Shown: positions 1 to 9,585 of the stretch, in pieces
Layout: every line of letters starts with the position of its first letter
How positions within the stretch are numbered: the stretch's first letter is position 1
DNA from: Acholeplasma sp.
GTDB taxonomy: Bacteria; Bacillota_I; Bacilli_A; Acholeplasmatales; UBA5453
DNA: 64,000 nt
Assembly: GCA_036677365.1 (NCBI GenBank)
Contig: JAVBWN010000014.1
Span: 127,137-191,136 of the forward strand
Direction: 5' to 3'
Notes under the pieces: generated by a model
Database searches by the model: none
What the model saw: only the letters and a program-made list of their open reading frames with translations
Told to the model about the DNA's origin: nothing
Translations under genes and position numbers: made by a program

Positions 1-1634
1 TTAAAGCGACCTACAAAGTCGATAAAAAACACGATCAAATCGTCAAAGACCTGATTAAGGTCACCAAAAACAAAAAAGTATTGCTCGCAACCGACCCTGA
101 CCGCGAAGGTGAAGCCATCGCTTGGCACATCGCGGATGTATTGAACTTAGATTTGAATGACCAAAACCGAATTACCTTCAATGAGGTGACCAAACCAGCC
201 ATCTTAAAGGCGATTGAACACCCAAGACAAATCGATATGAATTTGGTGAAGTCTCAAGAAACCAGACGCATATTGGACCGCATCATCGGATTTAAATTGT
301 CGCCACTGCTTCAAAAGAAAATCAAATCAGAATCGGCAGGTCGTGTTCAAAGTGTCGCTTTGAAGATGATTGTCGATTTGGAAAAAGAAATCGAAGCCTT
401 CATCCCAGAAACGTACTACACCATCAAAGCCAGATTTTCTAAGTTTGAAGCCGATTATACTAAAAATAAAGACAAATCCTTAAAGACCCCTGAAGAGCTG
501 AACCAAATCATTGAAAAGCTTCAAGGTCCTTTTGTCGTGACCAAAGTGAACCATCGTAAGCGAAGCCGTGCAGCACAACCGCCGTATACGACATCGACGT
601 TCCAACAGGATGCGGTATCGAAACTCAATTATTCCCCTTCAAAAGCGATGGGTATTGCTCAGGAACTTTATCAAGGGATTCTACTGAGTGGTGAAGAAGT
701 TGGGTTGATTACTTATATGAGAACCGACTCTGTCCGCTTGAATGATGATTTCATTTTAGAAGCACAAGCCATGATTGAAAAGCATTTTGGTCATGAGTAT
801 GTGGGTAAGATTAAAACCAAATCAAACACAAACATTCAAGACGCCCATGAAGCCATTCGTCCAACCATACTCGCCTATACCCCTGAGTCTTTAAAAGGCG
901 TATTATCCGATGATCAGTATAAAATATATGACCTCATCTATCGTCGTGCTGTCATGAGTTTGATGGCAGATGCCTTATATGAAGAACAGTCCGTAGAAGT
1001 AGAAAATCAAGGTGAAGTCTTTGAATACGGTGGGTCTAAGTTGTTATTCCTAGGTTTCCATCGTGGTAACCCAGAATATAAGGAAAAACTTTCAACCCTC
1101 TTAGACATCGAAGTTGGTAAGACACTCGAAGCCAAAGAAATCACCCATGAAGAAAATCAAACCAAACCAAAATCTCGCTACACTGAGGCCAGTTTGATCA
1201 AAGATATGGAAGAATTTGGCATTGGTCGTCCATCCACGTACGCTGAAACCACGCGAACCCTCTTATCACGCAAATACGTAGAAAAGAAACAAAAAGCTTT
1301 GGTACCGACCGATCAAGGTAAACTTACCATCGATGAACTCGATAAGTTCTTTAATCATATTATTAATACCAACTACACCAAGAAGATGGAATCGGTACTT
1401 GACGATATTTCCAACGGTGAGCATGAAAGTAGTGTCATCCTAGATGGGTTTTACCATAAGTTCATCGCCTTGGTAAAACATGCCGATGAACACATGGAAA
1501 AACGTCAACCCACCCAAGTTGGACGCGATTGTCCACTGTGTGGCGCGCCATTGGTCATTCGAAAATGGCGCAAAGGCGAATTCATTGGTTGTTCCAATTT
1601 TCCACGCTGCAAACATACTGAAAATCTTACATAA
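1..1634 (+). CDS. topA: DNA topoisomerase I (type IA), 5'-truncated by the window edge
   Basis: Frame is open from position 3. ATDPDREGEAIAWH (TOPRIM), SAGRVQS, LITYMRTDS (catalytic Tyr), QDAHEAIRPT, GIGRPSTY, one C-terminal Zn ribbon (CPLC...FIGCSNFPRC). Confidence 0.97.
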   Translation, partial: KATYKVDKKHDQIVKDLIKVTKNKKVLLATDPDREGEAIAWHIADVLNLDLNDQNRITFNEVTKPAILKAIEHPRQIDMNLVKSQETRRILDRIIGFKLSPLLQKKIKSESAGRVQSVALKMIVDLEKEIEAFIPETYYTIKARFSKFEADYTKNKDKSLKTPEELNQIIEKLQGPFVVTKVNHRKRSRAAQPPYTTSTFQQDAVSKLNYSPSKAMGIAQELYQGILLSGEEVGLITYMRTDSVRLNDDFILEAQAMIEKHFGHEYVGKIKTKSNTNIQDAHEAIRPTILAYTPESLKGVLSDDQYKIYDLIYRRAVMSLMADALYEEQSVEVENQGEVFEYGGSKLLFLGFHRGNPEYKEKLSTLLDIEVGKTLEAKEITHEENQTKPKSRYTEASLIKDMEEFGIGRPSTYAETTRTLLSRKYVEKKQKALVPTDQGKLTIDELDKFFNHIINTNYTKKMESVLDDISNGEHESSVILDGFYHKFIALVKHADEHMEKRQPTQVGRDCPLCGAPLVIRKWRKGEFIGCSNFPRCKHTENLT

Positions 1635-1651
1635 TTCTTAAGTTTGTTGAC

Positions 1652-1680
1652 TTTACAAATGGCAATTTCCATGTTATGAT
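1652..1680 (+). promoter_or_regulatory. sigma-70-type promoter for the intergenic small RNA
   Basis: TTTACA (1652-1657), 17 bp spacer, TATGAT (1675-1680) preceded by an extended TGn. Confidence 0.65.
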
Positions 1681-1686
1681 GTTTTT

Positions 1687-1766
1687 GATAGCGCATAGCT
1701 AGGTGTGTACCCCGACACACCAATCCCCTGACCCCCCTCATTGAGTTGAGGGGGTTTTATTTTTTT
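1687..1766 (+). ncRNA. candidate ~80-nt C-rich small RNA (RsaE/RoxS-like architecture)
   Basis: Own promoter; hairpin GGTGTGT-ACCCCG-ACACACC; single-stranded AATCCCCTG; strong terminator CCCCCTCA/TGAGGGGG + T tract; no ORF. tpx downstream has a separate -10. Confidence 0.5.
1733..1766 (+). terminator. intrinsic terminator
   Basis: CCCCCTCA-TTGAGT-TGAGGGGG followed by TTTTATTTTTTT. Confidence 0.9.
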
Positions 1767-1832
1767 CGATTTGTTTGAATATTAAAAATAAAACGACTAT
1801 AATTAAAATAGATATTCATAGGAGGTTTCACC

Positions 1833-2333
1833 ATGAAAACATTCAAACAAAAACCAATCACTGTCCTTGGACAACCCCTTCAAGTTGGCGATGTTGCTCC
1901 AGAATTCAATGTGGTCGACAATAAACTAGATCCTGCACATTTATCCGATTATAAAGCCAAAACGATTGTTTTAAATGTCGTACCATCGCTGGATACCGGT
2001 GTGTGTTCTTTACAGACCAGAACCATTAACCAACGTTTGTCGAATTACAAAGATTTGCTCGTCATCACATTATCCAATGATTTACCATTCGCACAACGCC
2101 GTTGGTGTGGGGCGGAGGGGTTAAATAACATCATTACGTTATCCGATTACCAACAATGTGACTTTGCTTGGAAGTATGGTGTCCTCATTGAAGAATTGAG
2201 ATTACTCGCCCGTTCCGTATTCGTTTTAAATTCAAAACGCGAAGTGGTTTACGTTGAATATTTGGATGAAATGGCGAACCACCCGAATTATGACAAGCTA
2301 TTTCAATTTTTAGATACCTATCAACCGCGATAA
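1833..2333 (+). CDS. tpx: thiol peroxidase (atypical 2-Cys peroxiredoxin)
   Basis: VPSLDTGVC, DLPFAQRRWC, LLARSVFV, HPNYD motifs; RBS AGGAGG. Confidence 0.95.
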   Translation: MKTFKQKPITVLGQPLQVGDVAPEFNVVDNKLDPAHLSDYKAKTIVLNVVPSLDTGVCSLQTRTINQRLSNYKDLLVITLSNDLPFAQRRWCGAEGLNNIITLSDYQQCDFAWKYGVLIEELRLLARSVFVLNSKREVVYVEYLDEMANHPNYDKLFQFLDTYQPR

Positions 2334-2358
2334 TGGCTTGTAAAAAAGCCATTTTTTT
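2332..2358 (+). terminator. intrinsic terminator after tpx
   Basis: AATGGCTT/AAGCCATT stem + T run. Confidence 0.75.
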
Positions 2359-2417
2359 CACCTTTCTAAGCACGATGTTTTAGTTATATGTTATAATAAC
2401 ATCTAGGAGTTGAACCT

Positions 2418-3383
2418 ATGGGATTTTTTAAAAATTTATTCAAGAAAAACAACAAGAAAAATGAAAAATACGCGCTTGGTTTACACAAATCGAAAGAGAT
2501 GTTGGGGAGCTTAAAGCGCTTGATAGAACAAAACCAAACGCTCGGTGAAGACTTCTTTATTGAACTTGAAGATATCTTCATTCAAGCAGACTTAGGGGTC
2601 GATACGGTTTTGTATTTTATTGATACACTCAGAAAACAAATGAAACTCAAAAACATCACAGACCCAAAAGAAATCGAAGAGATGATTGTCGATGAGATGT
2701 TTAAAATATACTTACAGGATGAAGTTGTCATCGCCGATTTAGACTATGTCGAAGGTGCAACAAACGTCTACTTGATTGTCGGCGTAAATGGCGTAGGAAA
2801 GACAACTTCCATCGGTAAACTGGCACATCAACTCAAGGGTGAAAAGAAGAAGGTATTGGTTGTTGCTGGCGATACTTTTAGGGCGGGCGCGATTGAACAA
2901 TTGCGTGTATGGGCAGACCGTGCCAAAGTCGATTTTTTCGGTAAAGAACCCGGTTCAGACCCTTCATCGGTCATTTATGATGCCTTACAAAAAGCGAAAA
3001 AAGAAAAATATGATGTCGTCTTGTGTGACACCGCTGGCCGACTTCAAAATAAAGTCAATCTCATGAACGAACTTGAAAAGATGCGCCGTGTGATTGAAAA
3101 GGAATTACCGAAGGGATTAAGAGAAACCCTCTTAGTCATTGACGCGACCACTGGTCAAAACGGTTTGAAACAAGCCGAAATATTTAAAGAGGTCACCAAA
3201 GTCACAGGCATCATCTTAACCAAAATGGATGGGTCTGCCAAAGGTGGTATTGTCTTAGCCATCCGTCATTTATATCACTTACCGATCAAATACATCGGTT
3301 TAGGTGAAAAGATGGATGACTTGGTATTGTTCGATATTGAAGCATATATTTATGGGTTATTCTCAGATTTCTTCGGAGATTGA
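2418..3383 (+). CDS. ftsY: SRP receptor GTPase FtsY (short NG-only form)
   Basis: GVNGVGKTT, DTFRAGA, DTAGRLQ, DATTGQNG, TKMDGSAKGG; extended -10 TGTTATAAT at 2389-2397. Confidence 0.97.
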   Translation: MGFFKNLFKKNNKKNEKYALGLHKSKEMLGSLKRLIEQNQTLGEDFFIELEDIFIQADLGVDTVLYFIDTLRKQMKLKNITDPKEIEEMIVDEMFKIYLQDEVVIADLDYVEGATNVYLIVGVNGVGKTTSIGKLAHQLKGEKKKVLVVAGDTFRAGAIEQLRVWADRAKVDFFGKEPGSDPSSVIYDALQKAKKEKYDVVLCDTAGRLQNKVNLMNELEKMRRVIEKELPKGLRETLLVIDATTGQNGLKQAEIFKEVTKVTGIILTKMDGSAKGGIVLAIRHLYHLPIKYIGLGEKMDDLVLFDIEAYIYGLFSDFFGD

Positions 3384-3385
3384 TT

Positions 3386-3703
3386 ATGGACCAATTACAA
3401 AAAACAGAACGACTCAATCAATTGTTTGAACTTTATGGGGTCTTGTTAACGGATAAACAACAAGCGTATTTTGTTGCGTATTATCAAAATGACTTTTCTT
3501 TAGCTGAAATTGCTCAAGAGTTTAAAGTATCACGAAACGCGGTGTTTGATCAGCTTAACAACGCGATTGAACATTTAGAACATTACGAAGAAAAACTCAA
3601 ATTATTGAATAAAAAGAATGAACGCATGGATTTGATCAAATTGTATGAAGAGACCAAAGACGTTCAATATTTAGAAAAACTCGCAGAAATGGATGATTTA
3701 TAA
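3386..3703 (+). CDS. ylxM: YlxM-family DNA/RNA-binding protein
   Basis: LFELYGVLLTDKQ...DFSLAEIA...VSRNAVFD HTH; canonical position between ftsY and ffh. Confidence 0.92.
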   Translation: MDQLQKTERLNQLFELYGVLLTDKQQAYFVAYYQNDFSLAEIAQEFKVSRNAVFDQLNNAIEHLEHYEEKLKLLNKKNERMDLIKLYEETKDVQYLEKLAEMDDL

Positions 3704-5106
3704 TGGCATTTGACAGTTTAAGTAGCCGTCTCCAGATGGCAATGCGCCGTATCACCGGCAAAGGAAAACTCAATGAAACCGACATCGATGAAATGATGCG
3801 TGAGGTCCGCTTATCGCTCTTAGAAGCGGACGTCAACCTAAAAGTCATTCGTCAATTCACGACCAATGTGAAGGAAAAAGCCTTAGGACAAAAAATCTTG
3901 TCGGGTTTAAATCCTGGTCAACAAGTCGTCAAAATTGTATTTGATGAACTCAAACGTGTGATGGGCGATGAAACCGTCGGCATCAGTTATAAAGCCAGTG
4001 GGTTAACCACAATTATGACGGTGGGTCTACAAGGGACAGGTAAAACCACGGCGATTGGTAAACTCGGGGCATTCATTCGCAAGACTGAAAAGAAAAAAGT
4101 CATGTTCATCGCAGCCGATATTTACCGACCAGCTGCGATTGACCAATTGATGACCCTTGGAAAACAACTCGACATTTTTGTTTATCAAGAAGGGATTATT
4201 AAAGCCCAAACCATCGTTAAAAACGGGCTGAAATACGCCAAAGAAAACGATTATGATGTCGTAATCATCGATACCGCTGGTCGCTTAAACATTGACCAAG
4301 AGATGATGCAAGAACTCATCGATGTTAAAGAAATCGCAAAACCAGATGAAATCCTATTAACCGTAGACGCGATGACCGGACAAGTAGCTGCATCCGTTGC
4401 CCAAAGTTTCCACGAGCAACTCAACACCACCGGTGCCATCATCACCAAACTCGATGGCGATACCCGTGGTGGTGCTGCCTTATCGATCCGTGAAATCTCA
4501 CAAATCCCCATCAAATTCGCCTCAAACGGTGAAAAGATGGATGCGTTTGAAGTGTTCCACCCAGAACGTATGGCCAGCCGTATCCTCGGGATGGGCGATG
4601 TCCTCACCTTGATTGAAAGCGCCACCCAAAACATCGATGAAGATGAAGCCATGGGCATGATGGAAAAAATGCTTTCTGGCAATTATAACTATAACGATTT
4701 ACTCAAACAATTTAAAATGATCAAACGCATGGGTTCGATTTCAAAAATCATGGGCTTCATGCCTGGGGTTTCAAAATACAAAGATGCGCTCAATAATGTG
4801 GATGACAAGCAGTTCGATAAGATGGCCGTCATCATCCATTCGATGACTGAAGCAGAACGTAAAAACCCTAAACTGATTGAAGAATCTTCAAGACGTCGAT
4901 CACGTATCGCCAATGGTGCAGGGGTCCAAGTCTCGGATGTCAACCGCTTAAGAGCGGCGCTAGACCAACAAAAACAAATGGCGAAACAAATGTCTAAGAT
5001 GTCTGAATCTGACATGAAATCCGCCCAAAAAGACCCATCAAAGTTGATGCCACAACCGAAGATGAAAAAAGGCAAAGGCAAAAATAAAGGCCAATTTAGA
5101 TTCTAA
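3703..5106 (+). CDS. ffh: signal recognition particle protein Ffh
   Basis: LLEADV, GLQGTGKTT, DIYRPAA, DTAGR, TKLDGDTRGGAALS, RILGMGD, Met-rich M domain. Confidence 0.98.
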   Translation: MAFDSLSSRLQMAMRRITGKGKLNETDIDEMMREVRLSLLEADVNLKVIRQFTTNVKEKALGQKILSGLNPGQQVVKIVFDELKRVMGDETVGISYKASGLTTIMTVGLQGTGKTTAIGKLGAFIRKTEKKKVMFIAADIYRPAAIDQLMTLGKQLDIFVYQEGIIKAQTIVKNGLKYAKENDYDVVIIDTAGRLNIDQEMMQELIDVKEIAKPDEILLTVDAMTGQVAASVAQSFHEQLNTTGAIITKLDGDTRGGAALSIREISQIPIKFASNGEKMDAFEVFHPERMASRILGMGDVLTLIESATQNIDEDEAMGMMEKMLSGNYNYNDLLKQFKMIKRMGSISKIMGFMPGVSKYKDALNNVDDKQFDKMAVIIHSMTEAERKNPKLIEESSRRRSRIANGAGVQVSDVNRLRAALDQQKQMAKQMSKMSESDMKSAQKDPSKLMPQPKMKKGKGKNKGQFRF

Positions 5107-5206
5107 CTAATTTGGCTTTTTTTCTAAAGTGTCGTCAATTACCCACAAAACTGGTGGAAAAGTATTCGAAACCTATATGTTAAAATACATATAAAGGAGA
5201 CAAATT

Positions 5207-7831
5207 ATGCAGAAATTGATCCTGATTGATGGTAACTCACTATTCTTTAGAGCTTACTACGCGACCGCTTATCTCGGTGGCGATTTAATGAAAAATAAAC
5301 AAGGGGTATATACCAATGCCCTTTTTGGCTTTGTCAATATGGTGGATAAAATCCTCCAACAACCGTATAGTCATGTGTTGGTTGCGTTTGATACCAAAGA
5401 AAAAACAAAGCGTCACGAAGCCTTTGATGACTATAAAGCAGGCCGTCCACCGATGCCAGCAGAAATGGCTCAACAAATCCCACTCATACATACCTACTTA
5501 AAACATTTAAATATCCCAGACCACAGTTTGGTTGGGTATGAAGCCGATGATATCATCGGTACCTTATCCAAAGAAGCGTGTAATCGTGGGTTTGAAGTCT
5601 CTATTTATTCCTCTGACCGTGACCTTTTACAACTCATCAGTGACAATGTAACCATTCATTTGCTCAAAAAAGGTGTGACAGACATTGAAGACTTAACCCC
5701 AAAAACATTCCTTGAAAAATACGGGATCAACCATACCCAAATGATTGATTTAAAAGCCCTCATGGGGGATCCATCAGACAATATCCCTGGTGTCCCTGGG
5801 GTGGGTGAAAAGACCGCAGTGAAGCTTTTACAAACTTACGGTACTTTAGAAGCAATATTGCAAAAAAAGGATGAAATCGCTGGTAAATTGGGTGAACGCA
5901 TCCGCGAACACGAAGACAAAGCCGTCCTATCGAAAATGCTCGCCACCATCGATTTGGCCGTACCCCTCGATTTTAGTTTAGACGACATAAAGCGAAAAGA
6001 CGTCGATTACGATGGTTTGGTCTCGTTTTATAATGAGATGGACTTACATGTATTCATCAAACGGTTGGATAAACCTGTTCAAAAGGTATCTAACTTTGAT
6101 TATACAATCATTCAAGACCACGATGAATTTGTAGATATCTTAAAACCAAACATGGCCATCCATATGGAATTGGCGGATTTTAATTACCATACTTCAGACA
6201 TCCTTGGGTTTGGCTTATCCGATGGTTCAAAACATTACTTTATCCCTAAAGACATTGGGCTCGCATCGATCGATTTCCAACTTTATTTAACCGACCCCAA
6301 TATTCCCAAATTAACCTACGATCAAAAAGCATTTAGAACCGCATTGAAATGGTTGGGCTATGACCTCCAAGGGGTCAAATTCGATTTATTATTATCGAGT
6401 TACCTCATCCATCAAAAGATTGCGAAAGATGACTTTAAAGTCATTTGTATGGCTTTTGAGTATGAAGATATCGAATACGATGAACTCATTTATGGCAAAG
6501 GTGCGAAAAAAGGCTTGCCAGCACTGGATGTCTATGCAGCGCACATCGCGAAAAAAGCGAAAGCCATTTTCCAACTTGAACCAATTTTGATTGAAAAACT
6601 CAAAGCGCTCGATTTGTTGGATTTATTCAATCAAATTGAAATGCCATTATCGACGGTTTTATCTGACATGGAATACAGTGGGATTGCAGTCGACCAAAAT
6701 GAACTGAAAAATCAAAAGACCGCGTTAAAATCACGCATCGATGCGATTGAAAGTAACATTTATGCTTCGGTGGGTAAAACATTCAATATTGGTTCGCCAA
6801 AACAATTGGCAGAAATTCTATTTGTCGACTTGGGGTTAGACCCTTCAAAGAAAACAAAAACGAAAAACCTATCCACCAATGTCGATGTTTTGAATACGTT
6901 GATCGATAAACACCCGGTCATTCCGATGATCTTAGAATACAGACAATTGACCAAACTCTATTCAACTTACATTGAAGGGATTGAACAAAGCATTTTTAAA
7001 GATGGCAAAGTCCATACCATTTTCGCTCAAGCACTCACTGCAACGGGGCGTTTATCCTCATTAGAACCGAACTTACAAAATATCCCCATAAGAACCGAAG
7101 AAGGCAGACAAATTCGAAAACTGTTCGTTCCTTCCAAACCCAACCATTATTTTGTTTCGGCCGACTACTCTCAAATCGAACTCAGGGTGCTCGCAGATAT
7201 GGCCAATGTCCAAGGGTTGATTGAGGCTTTTAATAACCATGAAGACATCCACACACGGACCGCGAAAGAAGTCTTCGGTACAGAAACAGTTACCGGAGAA
7301 GAACGTCGTAAAGCCAAAGCGGTCAACTTTGGAATCATCTATGGGATTGGGGCTTGGAGTTTATCGGAAGATATCCACACCACACCAAGGGAAGCCCAAG
7401 CGTTCATCGACAAGTATTTAAGCATTTACCCAGAAATCAAAACCTACATGGAAACCACCGTGGAAAATGCCATTAAAAATGGCTATGTCACAACCATGAT
7501 GAAACGTCGTCGTTACATCGGTGAACTTGAAAGCCCAATTTACGCGGTGCGTGAGTTTGGTAAACGCACTTCTATGAACGCACCGATTCAAGGGTCTGCC
7601 GCGGACATCATCAAAAAAGCAATGATCGATTTGCATGCATATATTTATAAAAACAAGAAAAAATCGCGCATCCTCCTGCAGGTCCATGACGAACTCGTAT
7701 TAGAAGTCCCTGAGTCTGAACTGTCTGAGATGCAAAGTGTTGTTCCAACCATCATGTCTAAAGCGGTTAAACTCAAAGTCCAATTGGAATCCTCCTGTGA
7801 TACCGGTAAAAACTGGTATGAGTTGAAATAA
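5207..7831 (+). CDS. polA: DNA polymerase I
   Basis: 5'-3' exonuclease (LIDGNSL, YKAGR, EADD, GDPSDNIPGVPGVGEKTA); polymerase motifs ADYSQIELR, KAVNFGIIYG, LQVHDEL. Confidence 0.98.
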   Translation: MQKLILIDGNSLFFRAYYATAYLGGDLMKNKQGVYTNALFGFVNMVDKILQQPYSHVLVAFDTKEKTKRHEAFDDYKAGRPPMPAEMAQQIPLIHTYLKHLNIPDHSLVGYEADDIIGTLSKEACNRGFEVSIYSSDRDLLQLISDNVTIHLLKKGVTDIEDLTPKTFLEKYGINHTQMIDLKALMGDPSDNIPGVPGVGEKTAVKLLQTYGTLEAILQKKDEIAGKLGERIREHEDKAVLSKMLATIDLAVPLDFSLDDIKRKDVDYDGLVSFYNEMDLHVFIKRLDKPVQKVSNFDYTIIQDHDEFVDILKPNMAIHMELADFNYHTSDILGFGLSDGSKHYFIPKDIGLASIDFQLYLTDPNIPKLTYDQKAFRTALKWLGYDLQGVKFDLLLSSYLIHQKIAKDDFKVICMAFEYEDIEYDELIYGKGAKKGLPALDVYAAHIAKKAKAIFQLEPILIEKLKALDLLDLFNQIEMPLSTVLSDMEYSGIAVDQNELKNQKTALKSRIDAIESNIYASVGKTFNIGSPKQLAEILFVDLGLDPSKKTKTKNLSTNVDVLNTLIDKHPVIPMILEYRQLTKLYSTYIEGIEQSIFKDGKVHTIFAQALTATGRLSSLEPNLQNIPIRTEEGRQIRKLFVPSKPNHYFVSADYSQIELRVLADMANVQGLIEAFNNHEDIHTRTAKEVFGTETVTGEERRKAKAVNFGIIYGIGAWSLSEDIHTTPREAQAFIDKYLSIYPEIKTYMETTVENAIKNGYVTTMMKRRRYIGELESPIYAVREFGKRTSMNAPIQGSAADIIKKAMIDLHAYIYKNKKKSRILLQVHDELVLEVPESELSEMQSVVPTIMSKAVKLKVQLESSCDTGKNWYELK

Positions 7832-7832
7832 C

Positions 7833-8639
7833 ATGCCAGAACTACCTGAAGTAGAGACCGTTAAAACGGTACTTAAAAGAAGAATCCAAGGGTTTACCAT
7901 CCAAAAAGTCGATGTTTATTATGAAAAAATGATGGATATCGATACCCAACAAGCCTTGGTCGGTCAAACGATTTTAGACATCAAACGCTATGGTAAATAC
8001 ATTTGTTTTGTGTTATCGAACCACATACTCATCAGCCATTTAAGGATGGAAGGCCGCTATTTCTTTAAACATCATGACGAACCCGTTTTAAAGCATGAAC
8101 ACATCGTATTTCATTTATCCGATGGGTTATCCTTAAGGTATCACGATACGCGGAAATTTGGTACGTTTGATCTGCGGGATAAAGATCGCTATTTATCCTT
8201 ACCGCCATTGAGTCTCCTTTCCAAAGAGCCTTTCGATATCGATCCTAAGGCGTTCTATTTAACCCTTAAGTCCAAATCAAAGGCCATCAAAACCGCACTC
8301 TTAGACCAAACCATCATCGCAGGGATCGGCAACATTTACGCCGATGAGATTTTATTTGCTTGTAAAATAAACCCGTTAAGAAAAACCAATTTAATCACAC
8401 AAAAAGAAGCGAAAGCCATCGTCGAAAATGGCGTATTGATTTTGAATCAAGCCATTTTGGCGGGTGGAACAACGATTCGAACCTATGTCTCAGAACTCGG
8501 TGTTTCAGGTCGTTTTCAACTCAAATTGATGGTCCATCAACGTGAAGGTGAGCCTTGTTATACCTGCGGGTCTAGCGTCGTTCGTGAAGTCATCAACGGC
8601 CGTTCGAGTTTTTATTGTAAAAAGTGTCAATCGAGGTGA
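7833..8639 (+). CDS. mutM: formamidopyrimidine-DNA glycosylase
   Basis: N-terminal PELPEV, HLRMEG, H2TH GIGNIYADE, C-terminal Zn finger CYTC...CKKCQ. Confidence 0.97.
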   Translation: MPELPEVETVKTVLKRRIQGFTIQKVDVYYEKMMDIDTQQALVGQTILDIKRYGKYICFVLSNHILISHLRMEGRYFFKHHDEPVLKHEHIVFHLSDGLSLRYHDTRKFGTFDLRDKDRYLSLPPLSLLSKEPFDIDPKAFYLTLKSKSKAIKTALLDQTIIAGIGNIYADEILFACKINPLRKTNLITQKEAKAIVENGVLILNQAILAGGTTIRTYVSELGVSGRFQLKLMVHQREGEPCYTCGSSVVREVINGRSSFYCKKCQSR

Positions 8640-8644
8640 TTTTT

Positions 8645-9223
8645 ATGAAAGTCCTGGGAATCACAGGGGGGATTGCTTCCGGCAAATCCTTGGTCAGCCA
8701 ACAATTCAAACAAAGAGGATTCACGGTGCTAGACGCGGATGCGGTGGTCCATGAACTTTTTAAGGATGAAACTGTCCTTTCTGAAATAAAAACCCGATTT
8801 AAAGCGGTTTTTTCCAGTGAAGGCTTCGATCGAAAAGCATTGGCTGACATCATTTTTACTGACAAAGAAGCCAAACAAGATTTAGAACATATCCTACACC
8901 CAAAAGTCTATGCACAGTTAAAAGTGGACATTGAAAAACATTCAAATGAACCCTGGGTCGTGGTTGATATCCCATTATTGTATGAAACCGGTGGGCAGTC
9001 CATGTGTGACTTGGTGATGGTGGTCTATGTCAATGAAGAGACCCAACGCCAACGTTTGATGGCCAGAAATCAATTATCATTGGAAGCAGCGAACCAACGG
9101 ATTGCTTCACAAATGCCCCTTAAAGATAAAGTCAACCAAGCCGACATTGTCATTGACAATTCCGGTTCAATTCAAAAAACGCTCGACCGCGTCAATGAAA
9201 TCATCGATAAAGTATTGATTTAG
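8645..9223 (+). CDS. coaE: dephospho-CoA kinase
   Basis: GITGGIASGKS, DAD, LHPKV, DIPLLYE, RLMARN; start placed at ATG 8645 behind GAGGTGA. Confidence 0.95.
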   Translation: MKVLGITGGIASGKSLVSQQFKQRGFTVLDADAVVHELFKDETVLSEIKTRFKAVFSSEGFDRKALADIIFTDKEAKQDLEHILHPKVYAQLKVDIEKHSNEPWVVVDIPLLYETGGQSMCDLVMVVYVNEETQRQRLMARNQLSLEAANQRIASQMPLKDKVNQADIVIDNSGSIQKTLDRVNEIIDKVLI

Positions 9224-9233
9224 GAGGAAATAT

Positions 9234-9569
9234 ATGCCAATTTATCGCACCACAGATTCAAACAAAGATGCCCGTCTTCAAACCCGCTGGTATCAAAACG
9301 ATTACAAGGAATGCCAACAAGCGGTCCTTTCCATTTTAAAAGGGTTTGGCTACAGTTTAAAGCACCAAGACGATACGTATGGTGAATTCATTTTTGAACG
9401 TAAAAATGAAACATTAGACGTCAAAGTGGTCAGTTTACAACGCCGTCAAACCGCCATCGACTTTGTATTAAACGCCGATGTCATGTTTGATTTTGGTCGT
9501 CGTAAAGCGGTCATCGCAGAAATTTATGCGAGACTACAAAAACTATTAAACGAGAAGAAGTTCAACTAA
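9234..9569 (+). CDS. conserved hypothetical cytosolic protein (DUF1499-like)
   Basis: RBS AGGAGG; LQTRWY...YGE...TAIDF...DFG pattern resembles the small Bacillus protein found upstream of nrdR-dnaB. Confidence 0.6.
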   Translation: MPIYRTTDSNKDARLQTRWYQNDYKECQQAVLSILKGFGYSLKHQDDTYGEFIFERKNETLDVKVVSLQRRQTAIDFVLNADVMFDFGRRKAVIAEIYARLQKLLNEKKFN

Positions 9570-9585
9570 GAAAAATAGGTGTCAC

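Noticed and set aside
1505..1741. 78-aa minus-strand ORF
   Set aside because: Antisense to the topA end and the sRNA/terminator; no RBS or recognisable motif.
1687..1766. SRP RNA (ffs), suggested by proximity to ftsY-ylxM-ffh
   Set aside because: It lacks the helix-8 CAGG...GGAA...AGCAG signature and the long single hairpin.
4251..5081. Long antisense ORFs within ffh (similar ones lie within pstC, etfA, the AEC gene and fabG)
   Set aside because: Shadow frames of strongly conserved + strand genes with Ser/Ile-rich, motif-free translations.
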